Source: Clostridia bacterium (GTDB lineage Bacteria > Bacillota > Clostridia > Christensenellales > Aristaeellaceae). Taken from it: 64,000 nt of DNA. A program made the position numbers and the translations under genes. Each line of letters starts with the position of its first letter. Position 1 is the stretch's first letter. The stretch spans positions 1,678 to 65,677 of the forward strand of contig JAFYQB010000033.1 in assembly GCA_017547285.1 (NCBI GenBank), read 5' to 3'. The notes beneath the pieces are model-generated. The model did not search any database. It was given only the letters and a program-made list of their open reading frames with translations, and was not told where the DNA came from. This document shows, piece by piece, positions 17,009 to 25,649 of this stretch.

Positions 17009-17965
17009 ATGATGAACGGAGCAGTACAAAAAAGCGTTATTCCGCCTCCGTCTACCAAAAAGAGCATCTGGAAAAAGCTGTGGGATCAGAAGTATCTGAT
17101 GCTGATGTCCATACCCGTGCTGCTCTACGTGATGCTCTTCAACTACTATCCGCTCTGGGGCTGGCGCTACGCCTTCCAGAACCTGGATCTGACCACCATT
17201 AAAAAAGGCGCAGACTGGATCGGTCTGGGCAACTTTCAATGGCTTTTCAATGAAAAACTGTTCTGGCTGGGCTTCCGCAACACCCTTGCCATGAGCCTGA
17301 TCAACCTGGTGTTCGGCACCACCGCCTCCATTCTGCTGGCGATTCTGCTGAACGAGGTTCGCAGCCGCGCCTTCAAGCGCACCGTGCAGACCGTTACCTA
17401 CCTGCCTCACTTTCTGAGCATGGTCATCGTTGTTGGCATGGCGCAGAACATGTTTATCACCGACGGTCCTATCAACCGCATGCTGATGTCCATCGGCCTG
17501 ATCGATTCGCCCGTGTGGTGGCTTGGCGAAGGCAAATACTTCTGGTGGCTGGTCGGTATCATCAATGTGTGGAAGGAAGTCGGCTGGAACTCCATCATCT
17601 ACATTTCCACCATGACTTCCATCGATCCCACGCTCTACGAGGCTGCCGCCATCGACGGCGCAGGCCGTTTCCAGCGCATCCTCAACGTTACGCTGCCCGG
17701 TATCAAGGCCACGTTCGTGGTGCTGCTTATCATGAACATCGGCCACCTGATGGAGGCTGGCTTTGAAATCCAGTACTTGTTGGGCAACAAGCAAGTGTAC
17801 GATTTTTCTCAGACTCTTGACGTATTTGTGCTGGAGTTTGGTATCCAGAACAACAAGTACGGCCGCGCCATCGCCGCCGGCATGTTCAAGAGTGTGGTTG
17901 GCATTATCCTGCTCTTCGGCGCCAACTTTGTGGCAAAGAAGATGGATGAAGAAACGCTGCTGTAA
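17009..17965 (+). CDS. carbohydrate ABC transporter permease (LplB-type)
   Basis: 318 aa, multiple TM segments. EAAAIDGAGRFQRILNVTLPGI is the permease EAA loop. Confidence 0.85.
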   Translation: MMNGAVQKSVIPPPSTKKSIWKKLWDQKYLMLMSIPVLLYVMLFNYYPLWGWRYAFQNLDLTTIKKGADWIGLGNFQWLFNEKLFWLGFRNTLAMSLINLVFGTTASILLAILLNEVRSRAFKRTVQTVTYLPHFLSMVIVVGMAQNMFITDGPINRMLMSIGLIDSPVWWLGEGKYFWWLVGIINVWKEVGWNSIIYISTMTSIDPTLYEAAAIDGAGRFQRILNVTLPGIKATFVVLLIMNIGHLMEAGFEIQYLLGNKQVYDFSQTLDVFVLEFGIQNNKYGRAIAAGMFKSVVGIILLFGANFVAKKMDEETLL

Positions 17966-17979
17966 GGGAGGGATATCCT

Positions 17980-18900
17980 GTGACTGTTCTGAACAGAAAA
18001 AAACGCAAGCCCCAGGACCGGGATATCGTATTCCCGATCGTCAACGGTTTGATTCTTTGTGTGCTGATGTTCGTTACCCTGTTCCCCGTGATCAACACCG
18101 TTGCCATCTCCTTCAACGATGGCATTGATGCCGTCCGCGGCGGCATTGGCCTGTGGCCGCGCGTGTTCAGCGTAGAGGCCTACAAGTCCCTGCTGTCCGA
18201 TAAGCTCACCTACAATGCTTTCGGCATCTCCGTTGCGCGTACGGTCATCACCACCGTGCTCAACCTGTTCTTTACCTCCATGCTGGCCTTTGCCTTAAGC
18301 CGCAAGGAATACATCTTCCGCAAGTTCATTACGCTGGCTGTGGTACTGACCATGTATGTGAATGCAGGCCTCATTCCCAACTTCCTGCTCATTCACCGCA
18401 CCCTCAAGCTGAGCAAGACCTTCTGGGTTTACATCATTCCCACCATGTTCAGCTGCTTCAACATGATCGTCATCCGCACCTACATCATCGGTCTGCCCGA
18501 GGCGCTGGCGGAATCCGCCCGCATCGACGGCGCCAACGACCTGCGCATCTTCTGGCAGATCATTTTCCCGCTGTGCACCCCCGTGCTGGCCACCGTTGCC
18601 CTCTTCGTGGCGGTTGGCAGCTGGAACCAGTGGTTTGATACCCAGCTCTACTGCGGCAGCAAAAAGTACCTGCACACCCTGCAGTATCTGCTCAAGATGA
18701 AGCTGGCCACCTCCATGAACACCACCAACATGGCCAACACCTCGGTTGACGCTCTGGCAAATGCCGGCGCGACCAAGTCCACCCCCGTCACCGTGCGCTG
18801 CGCCATCACCGTGGTATCCGCACTGCCCATTCTGCTCGTCTACCCCTTCCTGCAGCGTTACTTTGTAACCGGCATGGTACTGGGCGGCGTGAAGGGATAA
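17980..18900 (+). CDS. carbohydrate ABC transporter permease (LplC-type)
   Basis: 306 aa, GTG start. ESARIDGANDLRIFWQIIFPL is the EAA loop. Confidence 0.85.
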   Translation: MTVLNRKKRKPQDRDIVFPIVNGLILCVLMFVTLFPVINTVAISFNDGIDAVRGGIGLWPRVFSVEAYKSLLSDKLTYNAFGISVARTVITTVLNLFFTSMLAFALSRKEYIFRKFITLAVVLTMYVNAGLIPNFLLIHRTLKLSKTFWVYIIPTMFSCFNMIVIRTYIIGLPEALAESARIDGANDLRIFWQIIFPLCTPVLATVALFVAVGSWNQWFDTQLYCGSKKYLHTLQYLLKMKLATSMNTTNMANTSVDALANAGATKSTPVTVRCAITVVSALPILLVYPFLQRYFVTGMVLGGVKG

Positions 18901-18906
18901 CGGGGG

Positions 18907-18999
18907 GCCTCCGGCGGGCAGGGGCTCCGCCTCTGCACCCTGCTTAAGGGGCATTGCCCCTTAAGAATCCCGTGGCCGAGGGCTTCGCCCTCGGGGCGG
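18907..18999. repeat. structured intergenic repeat, family B, copy 2
   Basis: Starts 7 nt after the permease stop. It has the same sequence blocks and hairpin positions as 11218-11316. Its hairpins are at 18918-18936 and 18976-18994. Confidence 0.55.
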
Positions 19000-19009
19000 T
19001 ATCATGATC

Positions 19010-19040
19010 AAAGCGGTCTGTCGTGTGACAGGCCGCTTTT
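19010..19040 (+). terminator. rho-independent terminator of the ABC operon
   Basis: agcggtctgtc/gacaggccgct 11-bp stem (one G-U pair), 4-nt loop, TTTT. Confidence 0.6.
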
Positions 19041-19066
19041 GGTATGTTCCTTTTGATGGGAATGAT

Positions 19067-19513
19067 CTATTCTGCCGGATCAACATATCTCATTTCTTCC
19101 ATATTGTCCTGAACGAGCCCGGTTTCTTTGAAGCCAACAGAACAATATAATTGTTTTGCTCTCTCATTGCCTAACACTACACCTGTATATACTTCTTTGG
19201 CGCCGAATCGATCTTTCAAAAACTGAATTCCCTGTTTTAAAGCCTCTCTGCCGTATCCTTTGCCCTGTTGATTTTGATCGATCAAGAATTTCCACAACGT
19301 ATATTGCTTCTTGGCCTCATAGTAACCCAGCATAATAAAGCCTACTATTACGTTATCAGCATATATTGCAAAAGGAAATGCTGTATTACGATAGACATAG
19401 GCTTGAGCCAGTGAATGTGCTGTAGATGATACGAAGGGTTCCTGATATTGAAAAACACTTAACCGTAATACTTCTTCCCAATTTTCTGTGGTTATGGCTC
19501 TTAACTCAACCAT
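19067..19513 (-). CDS. GNAT-family N-acetyltransferase (SpeG/diamine acetyltransferase-like)
   Basis: ORF 19067-19525 trimmed to ATG 19513 (GGAGGAG RBS). QQGKGYGREAL is the acetyl-CoA-binding block. It is visibly AT-richer than its neighbours. Confidence 0.8.
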   Translation of the reverse strand: MVELRAITTENWEEVLRLSVFQYQEPFVSSTAHSLAQAYVYRNTAFPFAIYADNVIVGFIMLGYYEAKKQYTLWKFLIDQNQQGKGYGREALKQGIQFLKDRFGAKEVYTGVVLGNERAKQLYCSVGFKETGLVQDNMEEMRYVDPAE

Positions 19514-19579
19514 TGGCTCCTCCACGAATGCCTGTTAATCTCTTTATAAACAAATATGGCACGCCTTGGGTATACATAC

Positions 19580-19614
19580 AAGACCAGCCACAGCAGTTTG
19601 CTGTGGCTGGTCTT
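19580..19614 (-). terminator. 15-bp hairpin after the esterase gene (no clear T-tract)
   Basis: aagaccagccacagc/gctgtggctggtctt is a perfect stem located between the esterase stop and the GNAT start. Confidence 0.4.
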
Positions 19615-19626
19615 CAGAAATATTCC

Positions 19627-21129
19627 TTATTTCTTCAGCAGCAGCTCTTCCAGCTCTGTTTTCGGCCATGCAACCGGCTTGGCAGTATCGGCAAAGAGCA
19701 TTCTGGAAGGAGCTTCCTCCGTCAGTCTGGGCCACAGGGGCAGCGGATTTCCGTGGCTGTCAAGGCCGTTGGGATCGCCGGTTTTGATGTAGTTGCACCA
19801 GTAATCACACATCTGCCGCGCAAGGTCATAGTGCTTGCCAGTAAAGGGGCGCCAGCACTTGGCAAGCGTTTCAAAGAAGAACCACAGATCCACGGAGTGG
19901 AACGTACCGGGATGGTCCCAGCCGGGGATTTCGGGGTCAAAGTTATACGCATACAGCGGCTGGTCGATGCCGTTCTGACTGTTCTGCTGGCTGGCAATGC
20001 GGATGGCATAATCGATGGTATGCACACCGCCTTCTCTGGCGATGCTTTCCGCGGTTACAGGGCGCGAGAACACCTTCAGGAATGCATCAGCATCTTCTCC
20101 AAAACATTTCTCCGCCAGCGCTTTCAGCTCCGTTTCATCCTTAGCGGGCGGCGGGGCGATGAACTCGCTGCTGGTCTGTCCGAGCAGCACCGGGCATACA
20201 ATGCGGTCGGCATGTAAACTCCACTCATTGCTGGGATAGGTGCTGAAAACGCCGTCAATGGCCTCGCTCCAGCAGCCCCACGGCCATTCGAGGGATTTGT
20301 CCTCGATGACCCTTGCATCCAGCGCACGAGCCTCAGCAAGCGTTTTTACGCCCAGCGCTTCAAAGAAGCGCACACCCTGTTCCTCTGCCTCTTTCAGCGT
20401 GCGCGGGCCAAGGCCGAATTTCAATCCATACGGCTGCAGGAAGGTGCCGCTTTCCACAATGGCGCGCTGGAACAGGCCCTCATTCTGCGGGCTGGTCATT
20501 TGGGCACACACGCTCATGCCGCCGGCCGACTGACCGCCGATGGTAATATTCTCCGGATCGCCGCCAAAGGCCGCGATGTTTCGCTTGACCCAGCGCGTGG
20601 CAAACTGCTGATCCAGGAAACCGAAGTTGGCAGGAGCCTCCGGCGCCTCTGCTGTGATTTCGGGATGGCACAGGAAACCAAAGGCATTCAGGCGGTAGTT
20701 GATGGTAACCACCACAATGCCTCTGCGTGCAATGCGCTCGCCGTCAAATTCCATTTCCTGCGTATTGCCCACCTGCAGTCCGCCGCCGAAATACCACACG
20801 TATACAGGCAGATTCTTGCGGCCGTCCGCCGGAGCCCACACATTCAGGTACAGGCAGTCCTCGCTCATGGGCAATTCGCGATCCACATGCCATTCGCGGG
20901 CATAAATGTCCTTGGCGGGATCACCCGCGCAGTTGGCCTGCATGCCGATGGGTGCAAACTCTGCAGCGAACAGCTCTCCCTCCCAGTCCGGGCAGGGCTG
21001 CGGCGCACGCCAGCGGTTGGCCCCAATGGGTTTGGCTGCAAACGGGATACCCTTGTAACTGGTAATACGCGGATCAGCCGCAGGCAGACCGCGAACCCAG
21101 CCATTTTCAATTTTCACTTTACGGATCAT
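19627..21129 (-). CDS. type-B carboxylesterase/lipase family protein
   Basis: ORF 19627-21138 trimmed to ATG 21129 (AAGGAG 8 nt upstream). FGGDPENITIGGQSAGG carries the nucleophile elbow. 500 aa. Confidence 0.85.
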   Translation of the reverse strand: MIRKVKIENGWVRGLPAADPRITSYKGIPFAAKPIGANRWRAPQPCPDWEGELFAAEFAPIGMQANCAGDPAKDIYAREWHVDRELPMSEDCLYLNVWAPADGRKNLPVYVWYFGGGLQVGNTQEMEFDGERIARRGIVVVTINYRLNAFGFLCHPEITAEAPEAPANFGFLDQQFATRWVKRNIAAFGGDPENITIGGQSAGGMSVCAQMTSPQNEGLFQRAIVESGTFLQPYGLKFGLGPRTLKEAEEQGVRFFEALGVKTLAEARALDARVIEDKSLEWPWGCWSEAIDGVFSTYPSNEWSLHADRIVCPVLLGQTSSEFIAPPPAKDETELKALAEKCFGEDADAFLKVFSRPVTAESIAREGGVHTIDYAIRIASQQNSQNGIDQPLYAYNFDPEIPGWDHPGTFHSVDLWFFFETLAKCWRPFTGKHYDLARQMCDYWCNYIKTGDPNGLDSHGNPLPLWPRLTEEAPSRMLFADTAKPVAWPKTELEELLLKK

Positions 21130-21272
21130 GACATTCACTCCTTGCTGTTCACTTGCGTTACAGAAAAGGGAAGATGTATTTGTTTGATCAATCTATTCTC
21201 ATTATACGAAACCAGCAGCGTTTCATCAATGCTGCTTCAAGGCAAAAAAAGGACAAAATGATCTTTTTTCCT

Positions 21273-21301
21273 TTGACAAATTCCTTGTCTCCATATACAA
21301 T
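21273..21301 (+). promoter_or_regulatory. candidate promoter of the AraC-family gene
   Basis: TTGACA (21273-21278), 17-nt spacer, TACAAT (21296-21301). The A/T-rich motif at 21253-21269 lies immediately upstream. Confidence 0.55.
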
Positions 21302-21351
21302 CAAAGCATCGTTTTACTGTTCTTTTTTTCTGCATATTGGGGAGGCCGTGC

Positions 21352-22161
21352 ATGGGAACTTTGTTTTATGAGATCCGCACCGACGAGGCGTATATCGGCG
21401 AAATCTGCGATCATCCCTTTCCCCTTCATGTACACGATGTGGTGGAGATTGTTTGCGCCGTGAACGGCGTGCAGAAGCTGACCATTGCCGGAAAGCAGCA
21501 CACGCTGAAAAGCGGCGATATCGCCGTCATCTTCCCCGCGATTCCCCACTCCTATGATTATGTTTCGCAGGACGCCACCGGCGTAACGCTCATCTTTTCG
21601 CCGGACGTTATTTCGGAATTTACGTACCAGTTCCGCAGCATGACGCTGGAAACGCCCATTTTGCAGCACAACGAAGTACCTTCCGAACTGAACTTTCTGA
21701 TCGGCGACATGCAGAAGCGCTTTCCGGCCAACGGCAGCGGTCTGCTTTACGGTTTTCTGCATCTTTTTCTGGCATTCCTGTTTTCCGTTCTCAAGCCTGT
21801 CCCCATGGAAAAGTCTATCCACTTTGACCTTTCCTGTCAGGTGCTGCATTACATCGGCGAGCATTATGTGGAGCCGCTGACGCTGGAAACAGTCGCCCGC
21901 GCGCTGGGCGTAAGCCGCATTCACCTTTCGCATATCTTCTCCCAGCAGCTGCGCATCAACTTCCGCCAGTATATCAATGCCCTTCGCATCGACCGTGCCT
22001 GCTATATGCTGCGCAACCCGGCCCATGCCATTTCCGAAGTGGCGTACCTGTGCGGCTACGGCAATCCGCGCACCTTCCACCGGGCATTCTTTGCGCAATG
22101 CCAGATGACGCCTTCCCAGTACAGAGAGCAGTTTTTTGAAAAGGATACAGCGCAGGTCTGA
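21352..22161 (+). CDS. AraC-family transcriptional regulator (cupin plus HTH)
   Basis: ORF trimmed to ATG 21352 (GGGGAGG RBS). The C-terminal region LETVARALGVSRIHLSHIFSQ...YGNPRTFHRAFF is the AraC HTH signature. Confidence 0.85.
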   Translation: MGTLFYEIRTDEAYIGEICDHPFPLHVHDVVEIVCAVNGVQKLTIAGKQHTLKSGDIAVIFPAIPHSYDYVSQDATGVTLIFSPDVISEFTYQFRSMTLETPILQHNEVPSELNFLIGDMQKRFPANGSGLLYGFLHLFLAFLFSVLKPVPMEKSIHFDLSCQVLHYIGEHYVEPLTLETVARALGVSRIHLSHIFSQQLRINFRQYINALRIDRACYMLRNPAHAISEVAYLCGYGNPRTFHRAFFAQCQMTPSQYREQFFEKDTAQV

Positions 22162-22175
22162 GGGACAGTATTCAA

Positions 22176-22210
22176 AACCCCCGCTTTCGGCTGAGGCGAA
22201 AGCGGGGGTT
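22176..22210. terminator. bidirectional hairpin terminator between convergent genes
   Basis: aacccccgctttcg/cgaaagcgggggtt is a 14-bp stem. Confidence 0.55.
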
Positions 22211-22215
22211 CTCCA

Positions 22216-23157
22216 TTATTCTCCAACTTCAAACTGTGTACTTTCCTGTTTGGGCGTCATTTTCAGAAAATCCGCCAGCTGCTTGCGCGCCAGTTCAAAA
22301 TCCACCTGACGGGTTTCCATTCCGGCGTAGGTGATGGGTTCCAGCGCGTCGTCCGAAGGCATCTGCATGCCTTCCGGCTCCACGCCCCGCAGTTCCATGG
22401 CGTAACCTGCCGCCTCCACCAGATCGGCCATGGTCAGGTTCATGGTCACCAGATTTTCAGATACGGTGGACAGCAGCGACATCGCCTCGCCCAAGCTGGC
22501 GTCGGCATAATCATTGGCCAGGGTGGAAAGCACGGTACGCATACGGCGGGTGCGGCCTGCATCGCCGTCGCCGCCCACCTTGCGGATGCGCATATAGATG
22601 ACTGCCGCATGACCGCCGAACAGATAGGTGCCGCCCTTGCCCATGCTGGGGGTGGTGGAATCGCGGCTGATGCGGTAGCGGTTGAGGTAATCGGCCTCAG
22701 CATCGGTCACGGTGATGTACACGCCGCCCATGGCGTCGATAATGCTCTGCACATTATCCATGCTGAAGATGATGTACTTATCCACCTTCACGCCGAAATG
22801 CGTGCTGATGATTTTGCACAGTTCCTCAGGGCCGTAGTTCTTGGCGATGTAGGTAATGCGGCCGATGCCGCCGTCCGGACGCTTGATGAGCATTTCGCGG
22901 GTAAAGGTGGTAAACAGCAGGCGTTTGGCCTCCGTATCCAGCGTAACCAGAATCACGCCGTCCGTGTTGCTCAGCTTCTGATTTTCGCTTTTCCAGTTAT
23001 CGATGCAGGCCAGCAGATAATGGTGCTGGCCTTCCTGAGGTTCCGGCAGACTGTCGTATTCCAGCGGATCAATTTCACGGGGTTCAGCGGCGCAGGCCGT
23101 TCCCATGCTCAAAAGCAGCATCAGAGCCAGCAGTGCACACAGAAAACGCTTGAACAT
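22216..23157 (-). CDS. LCP (LytR-CpsA-Psr) family cell-envelope phosphotransferase
   Basis: ORF trimmed to ATG 23157 (MFKRFLCALLALMLLLSMGTACA signal/anchor). LVTLDTEAKRLLFTTFTRE...DAMGGVYITV are LCP blocks. Confidence 0.8.
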   Translation of the reverse strand: MFKRFLCALLALMLLLSMGTACAAEPREIDPLEYDSLPEPQEGQHHYLLACIDNWKSENQKLSNTDGVILVTLDTEAKRLLFTTFTREMLIKRPDGGIGRITYIAKNYGPEELCKIISTHFGVKVDKYIIFSMDNVQSIIDAMGGVYITVTDAEADYLNRYRISRDSTTPSMGKGGTYLFGGHAAVIYMRIRKVGGDGDAGRTRRMRTVLSTLANDYADASLGEAMSLLSTVSENLVTMNLTMADLVEAAGYAMELRGVEPEGMQMPSDDALEPITYAGMETRQVDFELARKQLADFLKMTPKQESTQFEVGE

Positions 23158-23185
23158 AGTAGGGTCTTCCTTTCGTGCAGGATAC

Positions 23186-23220
23186 AAAAATGATATGGCG
23201 GTGCAAAAACCGCCATATCA
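23186..23220 (-). terminator. rho-independent terminator of htpG
   Basis: tgatatggcgg/ccgccatatca 11-bp stem. On the minus strand it is followed by TTTTT. Confidence 0.6.
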
Positions 23221-23272
23221 TGTATACGCGATTCAGCAGGCAAAACCCTGCTTTATGCGCTGTATTGTTACA

Positions 23273-25132
23273 TTATGCGTTGGCCAGCATTTCCAGCAGC
23301 TTGTGGCTGCGGGTAAGGAACGCAGTTACTTCATCCTTTTCAAGAGGACGGGTGGACATGCGGGCCAGGTCGTACAACTGGGCGGCCATCAAATCGCGCT
23401 TTTCGCCTTCAGCGCTCATGAGGCTCTTGACCACGGCGTTGGAGGCATTCAGCACCAGCGTGTGCATTTCGGGCATCTGGAAATCCTGACCGTAGATGCG
23501 GCTCATTTCGCCAAAGCGGCGGCCCTGTTCATCCTGGGTAAGCAGCGCAGGCATGCTTTCATCCTTGAGGGCGGCCAGCTTCACGGTCAGCTCTTCCTTG
23601 CCGGTGGCGGCCTTGAATACGTTCAGCAGATCAGCTTCCTTTTCTTCATTGGCCTTCTTTTCATCCTCGGTCTGATCCCTGGTGAAGGTATCGCTGTCAG
23701 CGTCCACGCGGGCAAACTGCAGGCCTTCCACGCCGCCCTGGTATTCCATAAAGCTGAGGAAGTTCAGGTCGATCAGCGCATCCATCACCACCACGTCCAC
23801 GCCCTCGGCGTCATACATGGCCACGCTGGCGCTCTGACGGGTGGGATCGTTGGTGTAAACAATCTTCTTGCCCAGCTTGCCTTCGTGCTTGGCAAAGTAT
23901 TCTTCCACGGTGAAATACTCGCCCTTGGTGGTCTTGTACAGAAGGGTACTCTTGACCTGATCGTAGAACTTCTGATCGCGCATGCAGCCGTACTTCACGA
24001 AGGGGTGAATATCATCCCAGTACTTCTGGTAATCCTCGCGGGCGGTGTTGAACAGGCCGCACAGCTTATCCGCAACCTTGCGGGTGATGTAGGCGGAGAG
24101 CTTCTTTACATAGCCGTCATTTTGCAGGAAGGAGCGGCTTACGTTCAGGGGCAGGTCGGGACAGTCGATCACGCCCTTGAGCAGCATCAGGAACTCAGGA
24201 ATGACTTCCTTGATGTTATCCGCCACGAACACCTGACCGCTGAACATTTTGATCTCGCCCTCGCGGGTACCGAAATCGTTGGTCAGCTTGGGGAAGTACA
24301 GAATACCCTTCAGATTGAAGGGATAGTCCACATTGAGGTGCACATAGAACAGCGGATCCTCAAAGGTGTGGAACACGTCCTTATAGAAGCTCTTGTACTC
24401 GTCCTCGGTGCAGTCCTTGGGGCTCTTGAGCCACAAAGCTTCGGTGGCGTTGATGCGTTCGGGGGCCTTCGGCTCTTCAGGCTTCACTTCTTCCCCTTCA
24501 GCAGCGGTAACGGGCACATCTTCCTTCACTGTATCCAGATAAACAGGGGTGTTCATGAAGCCGCAATAGCGCTTGAGCACCTCGCGCACGCGGAATGTCT
24601 GCAGGAATTCCTTTTCTTCTTCAGCAACGTGCAGAATGATATCGGTGCCGCGCATGGTACGGCTGCCCTCGCTCATGGAGAAGGCCATGCCGTCCTCGCT
24701 CTCCCAGCGCACGGCCTGAGCGCCGTCCTTGCCGGAGAGGGTTTCGATGGTTACCTTGTCAGCCACCATAAAGGCAGAGTAGAAGCCCAGACCGAAATGG
24801 CCGATGATGCCGCCCTTGTCGTCGCCCTCATAGTTCTTGAGGAACTCCTCCGCGCCGGAGAAAGCCACCTGGTTGATGTACTTTTCCACTTCTTCGGCGG
24901 TCATGCCGATACCGTTATCGCTGAAACGCAGCTCGCCGGCCTGCTCGTCCACGGTCACGTTCACGCGCCAGTCGCAGTCCGCATCGGGGGTGAGCATTTT
25001 CTGCTTGGTGATAGCGTCGCAGCCGTTGGAAACCAGCTCGCGGATGAAAATGTCCTTGTCAGAATACAGCCAACGCTTGATGATGGGCATGATATTCTGT
25101 GCATGGATGGAAATGTTGCCCTGATTGATCAT
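23273..25132 (-). CDS. htpG: molecular chaperone HtpG (Hsp90)
   Basis: ORF trimmed to ATG 25132 (AGGAGG RBS). IIKRWLYSDKDIFIRELVSNGCDA and GHFGLGFYSAFMVADKV are Hsp90 ATPase blocks. 619 aa. Confidence 0.92.
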   Translation of the reverse strand: MINQGNISIHAQNIMPIIKRWLYSDKDIFIRELVSNGCDAITKQKMLTPDADCDWRVNVTVDEQAGELRFSDNGIGMTAEEVEKYINQVAFSGAEEFLKNYEGDDKGGIIGHFGLGFYSAFMVADKVTIETLSGKDGAQAVRWESEDGMAFSMSEGSRTMRGTDIILHVAEEEKEFLQTFRVREVLKRYCGFMNTPVYLDTVKEDVPVTAAEGEEVKPEEPKAPERINATEALWLKSPKDCTEDEYKSFYKDVFHTFEDPLFYVHLNVDYPFNLKGILYFPKLTNDFGTREGEIKMFSGQVFVADNIKEVIPEFLMLLKGVIDCPDLPLNVSRSFLQNDGYVKKLSAYITRKVADKLCGLFNTAREDYQKYWDDIHPFVKYGCMRDQKFYDQVKSTLLYKTTKGEYFTVEEYFAKHEGKLGKKIVYTNDPTRQSASVAMYDAEGVDVVVMDALIDLNFLSFMEYQGGVEGLQFARVDADSDTFTRDQTEDEKKANEEKEADLLNVFKAATGKEELTVKLAALKDESMPALLTQDEQGRRFGEMSRIYGQDFQMPEMHTLVLNASNAVVKSLMSAEGEKRDLMAAQLYDLARMSTRPLEKDEVTAFLTRSHKLLEMLANA

Positions 25133-25208
25133 GGTTACGCCTCCTGTAAAACAAGCCCTTACGGGTGAAAAGTAATAACAGCGGACGAAAAATGCGCCCG
25201 ACTCTGGT

Positions 25209-25237
25209 ATTGTAGCAGAGTCGGGCGCATTTTGCAA
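25209..25237 (-). promoter_or_regulatory. candidate htpG promoter embedded in an 18-bp inverted repeat
   Basis: On the minus strand: TTGCAA (25232-25237), 17-nt spacer, TACAAT (25209-25214). The -10 sits in the loop of the perfect hairpin at 25189-25233. Confidence 0.5.
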
Positions 25238-25244
25238 TGGATTT

Positions 25245-25271
25245 TTAGCACTCAACATGCAAGAGTGCTAA
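25245..25271 (-). promoter_or_regulatory. CIRCE operator (HrcA binding site)
   Basis: TTAGCACTC-aacatgcaa-GAGTGCTAA matches the canonical CIRCE consensus TTAGCACTC-N9-GAGTGCTAA at 18/18 arm positions. It lies 7 nt upstream of the -35 proposed for htpG. Confidence 0.8.
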
Positions 25272-25435
25272 CAATTTTCGATTCGTTCATAATTGGCTTT
25301 GGTTTCATCCAATCTTCTGGCCTGTTCCCGGTTGATGGTTTTCATCAGTTTGAGCGCAGCCTTCACGTTGCCTTCTTCAAACAGCTGCGCAGCTCTTAAT
25401 TGCAGAAAACGCCATTCATCCCGCTTTTCAAACAT
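25268..25435 (-). CDS. small hypothetical protein (55 aa)
   Basis: ORF 25268-25567 trimmed to ATG 25435 (AAGGTGGGA RBS). Sequence is MFEKRDEWRFLQLRAAQLFEEGNVKAALKLMKTINREQARRLDETKANYERIENC. No family recognised. Its stop codon lies inside the CIRCE right arm. Confidence 0.3.
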   Translation of the reverse strand: MFEKRDEWRFLQLRAAQLFEEGNVKAALKLMKTINREQARRLDETKANYERIENC

Positions 25436-25596
25436 GTTTCTCCCACCTTTCGACAACAGAATACCAGCAGTTTCTGTCGTTTGCAATGGGAAAGAATGTC
25501 GAAAAATGGTTGATGGAGGAATCATGCGGATGGGGTGACAGCTTCCCTCGAGGGAAAGCCATAGCAATTCCGCAGGCTTTCATTCTTTGCTGACAG

Positions 25597-25627
25597 CAAA
25601 AACCGGAGCTGCGCAGCCCCGGTTTTT
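25597..25627 (-). terminator. terminator after hisS
   Basis: On the minus strand: aaaaaccgggg ctgcgcag ctccggttttt, an imperfect stem followed by TTTTT. Confidence 0.5.
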
Positions 25628-25649
25628 CACTAGAATGATCAAAAGGGCA

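Noticed and set aside
25436-25567. The longer 99-aa version of the small ORF upstream of htpG.
   Set aside because: The upstream 44 codons have no RBS and would start inside the terminator and promoter region after hisS. Only the 55-aa version has an RBS, and even that is reported at low confidence.
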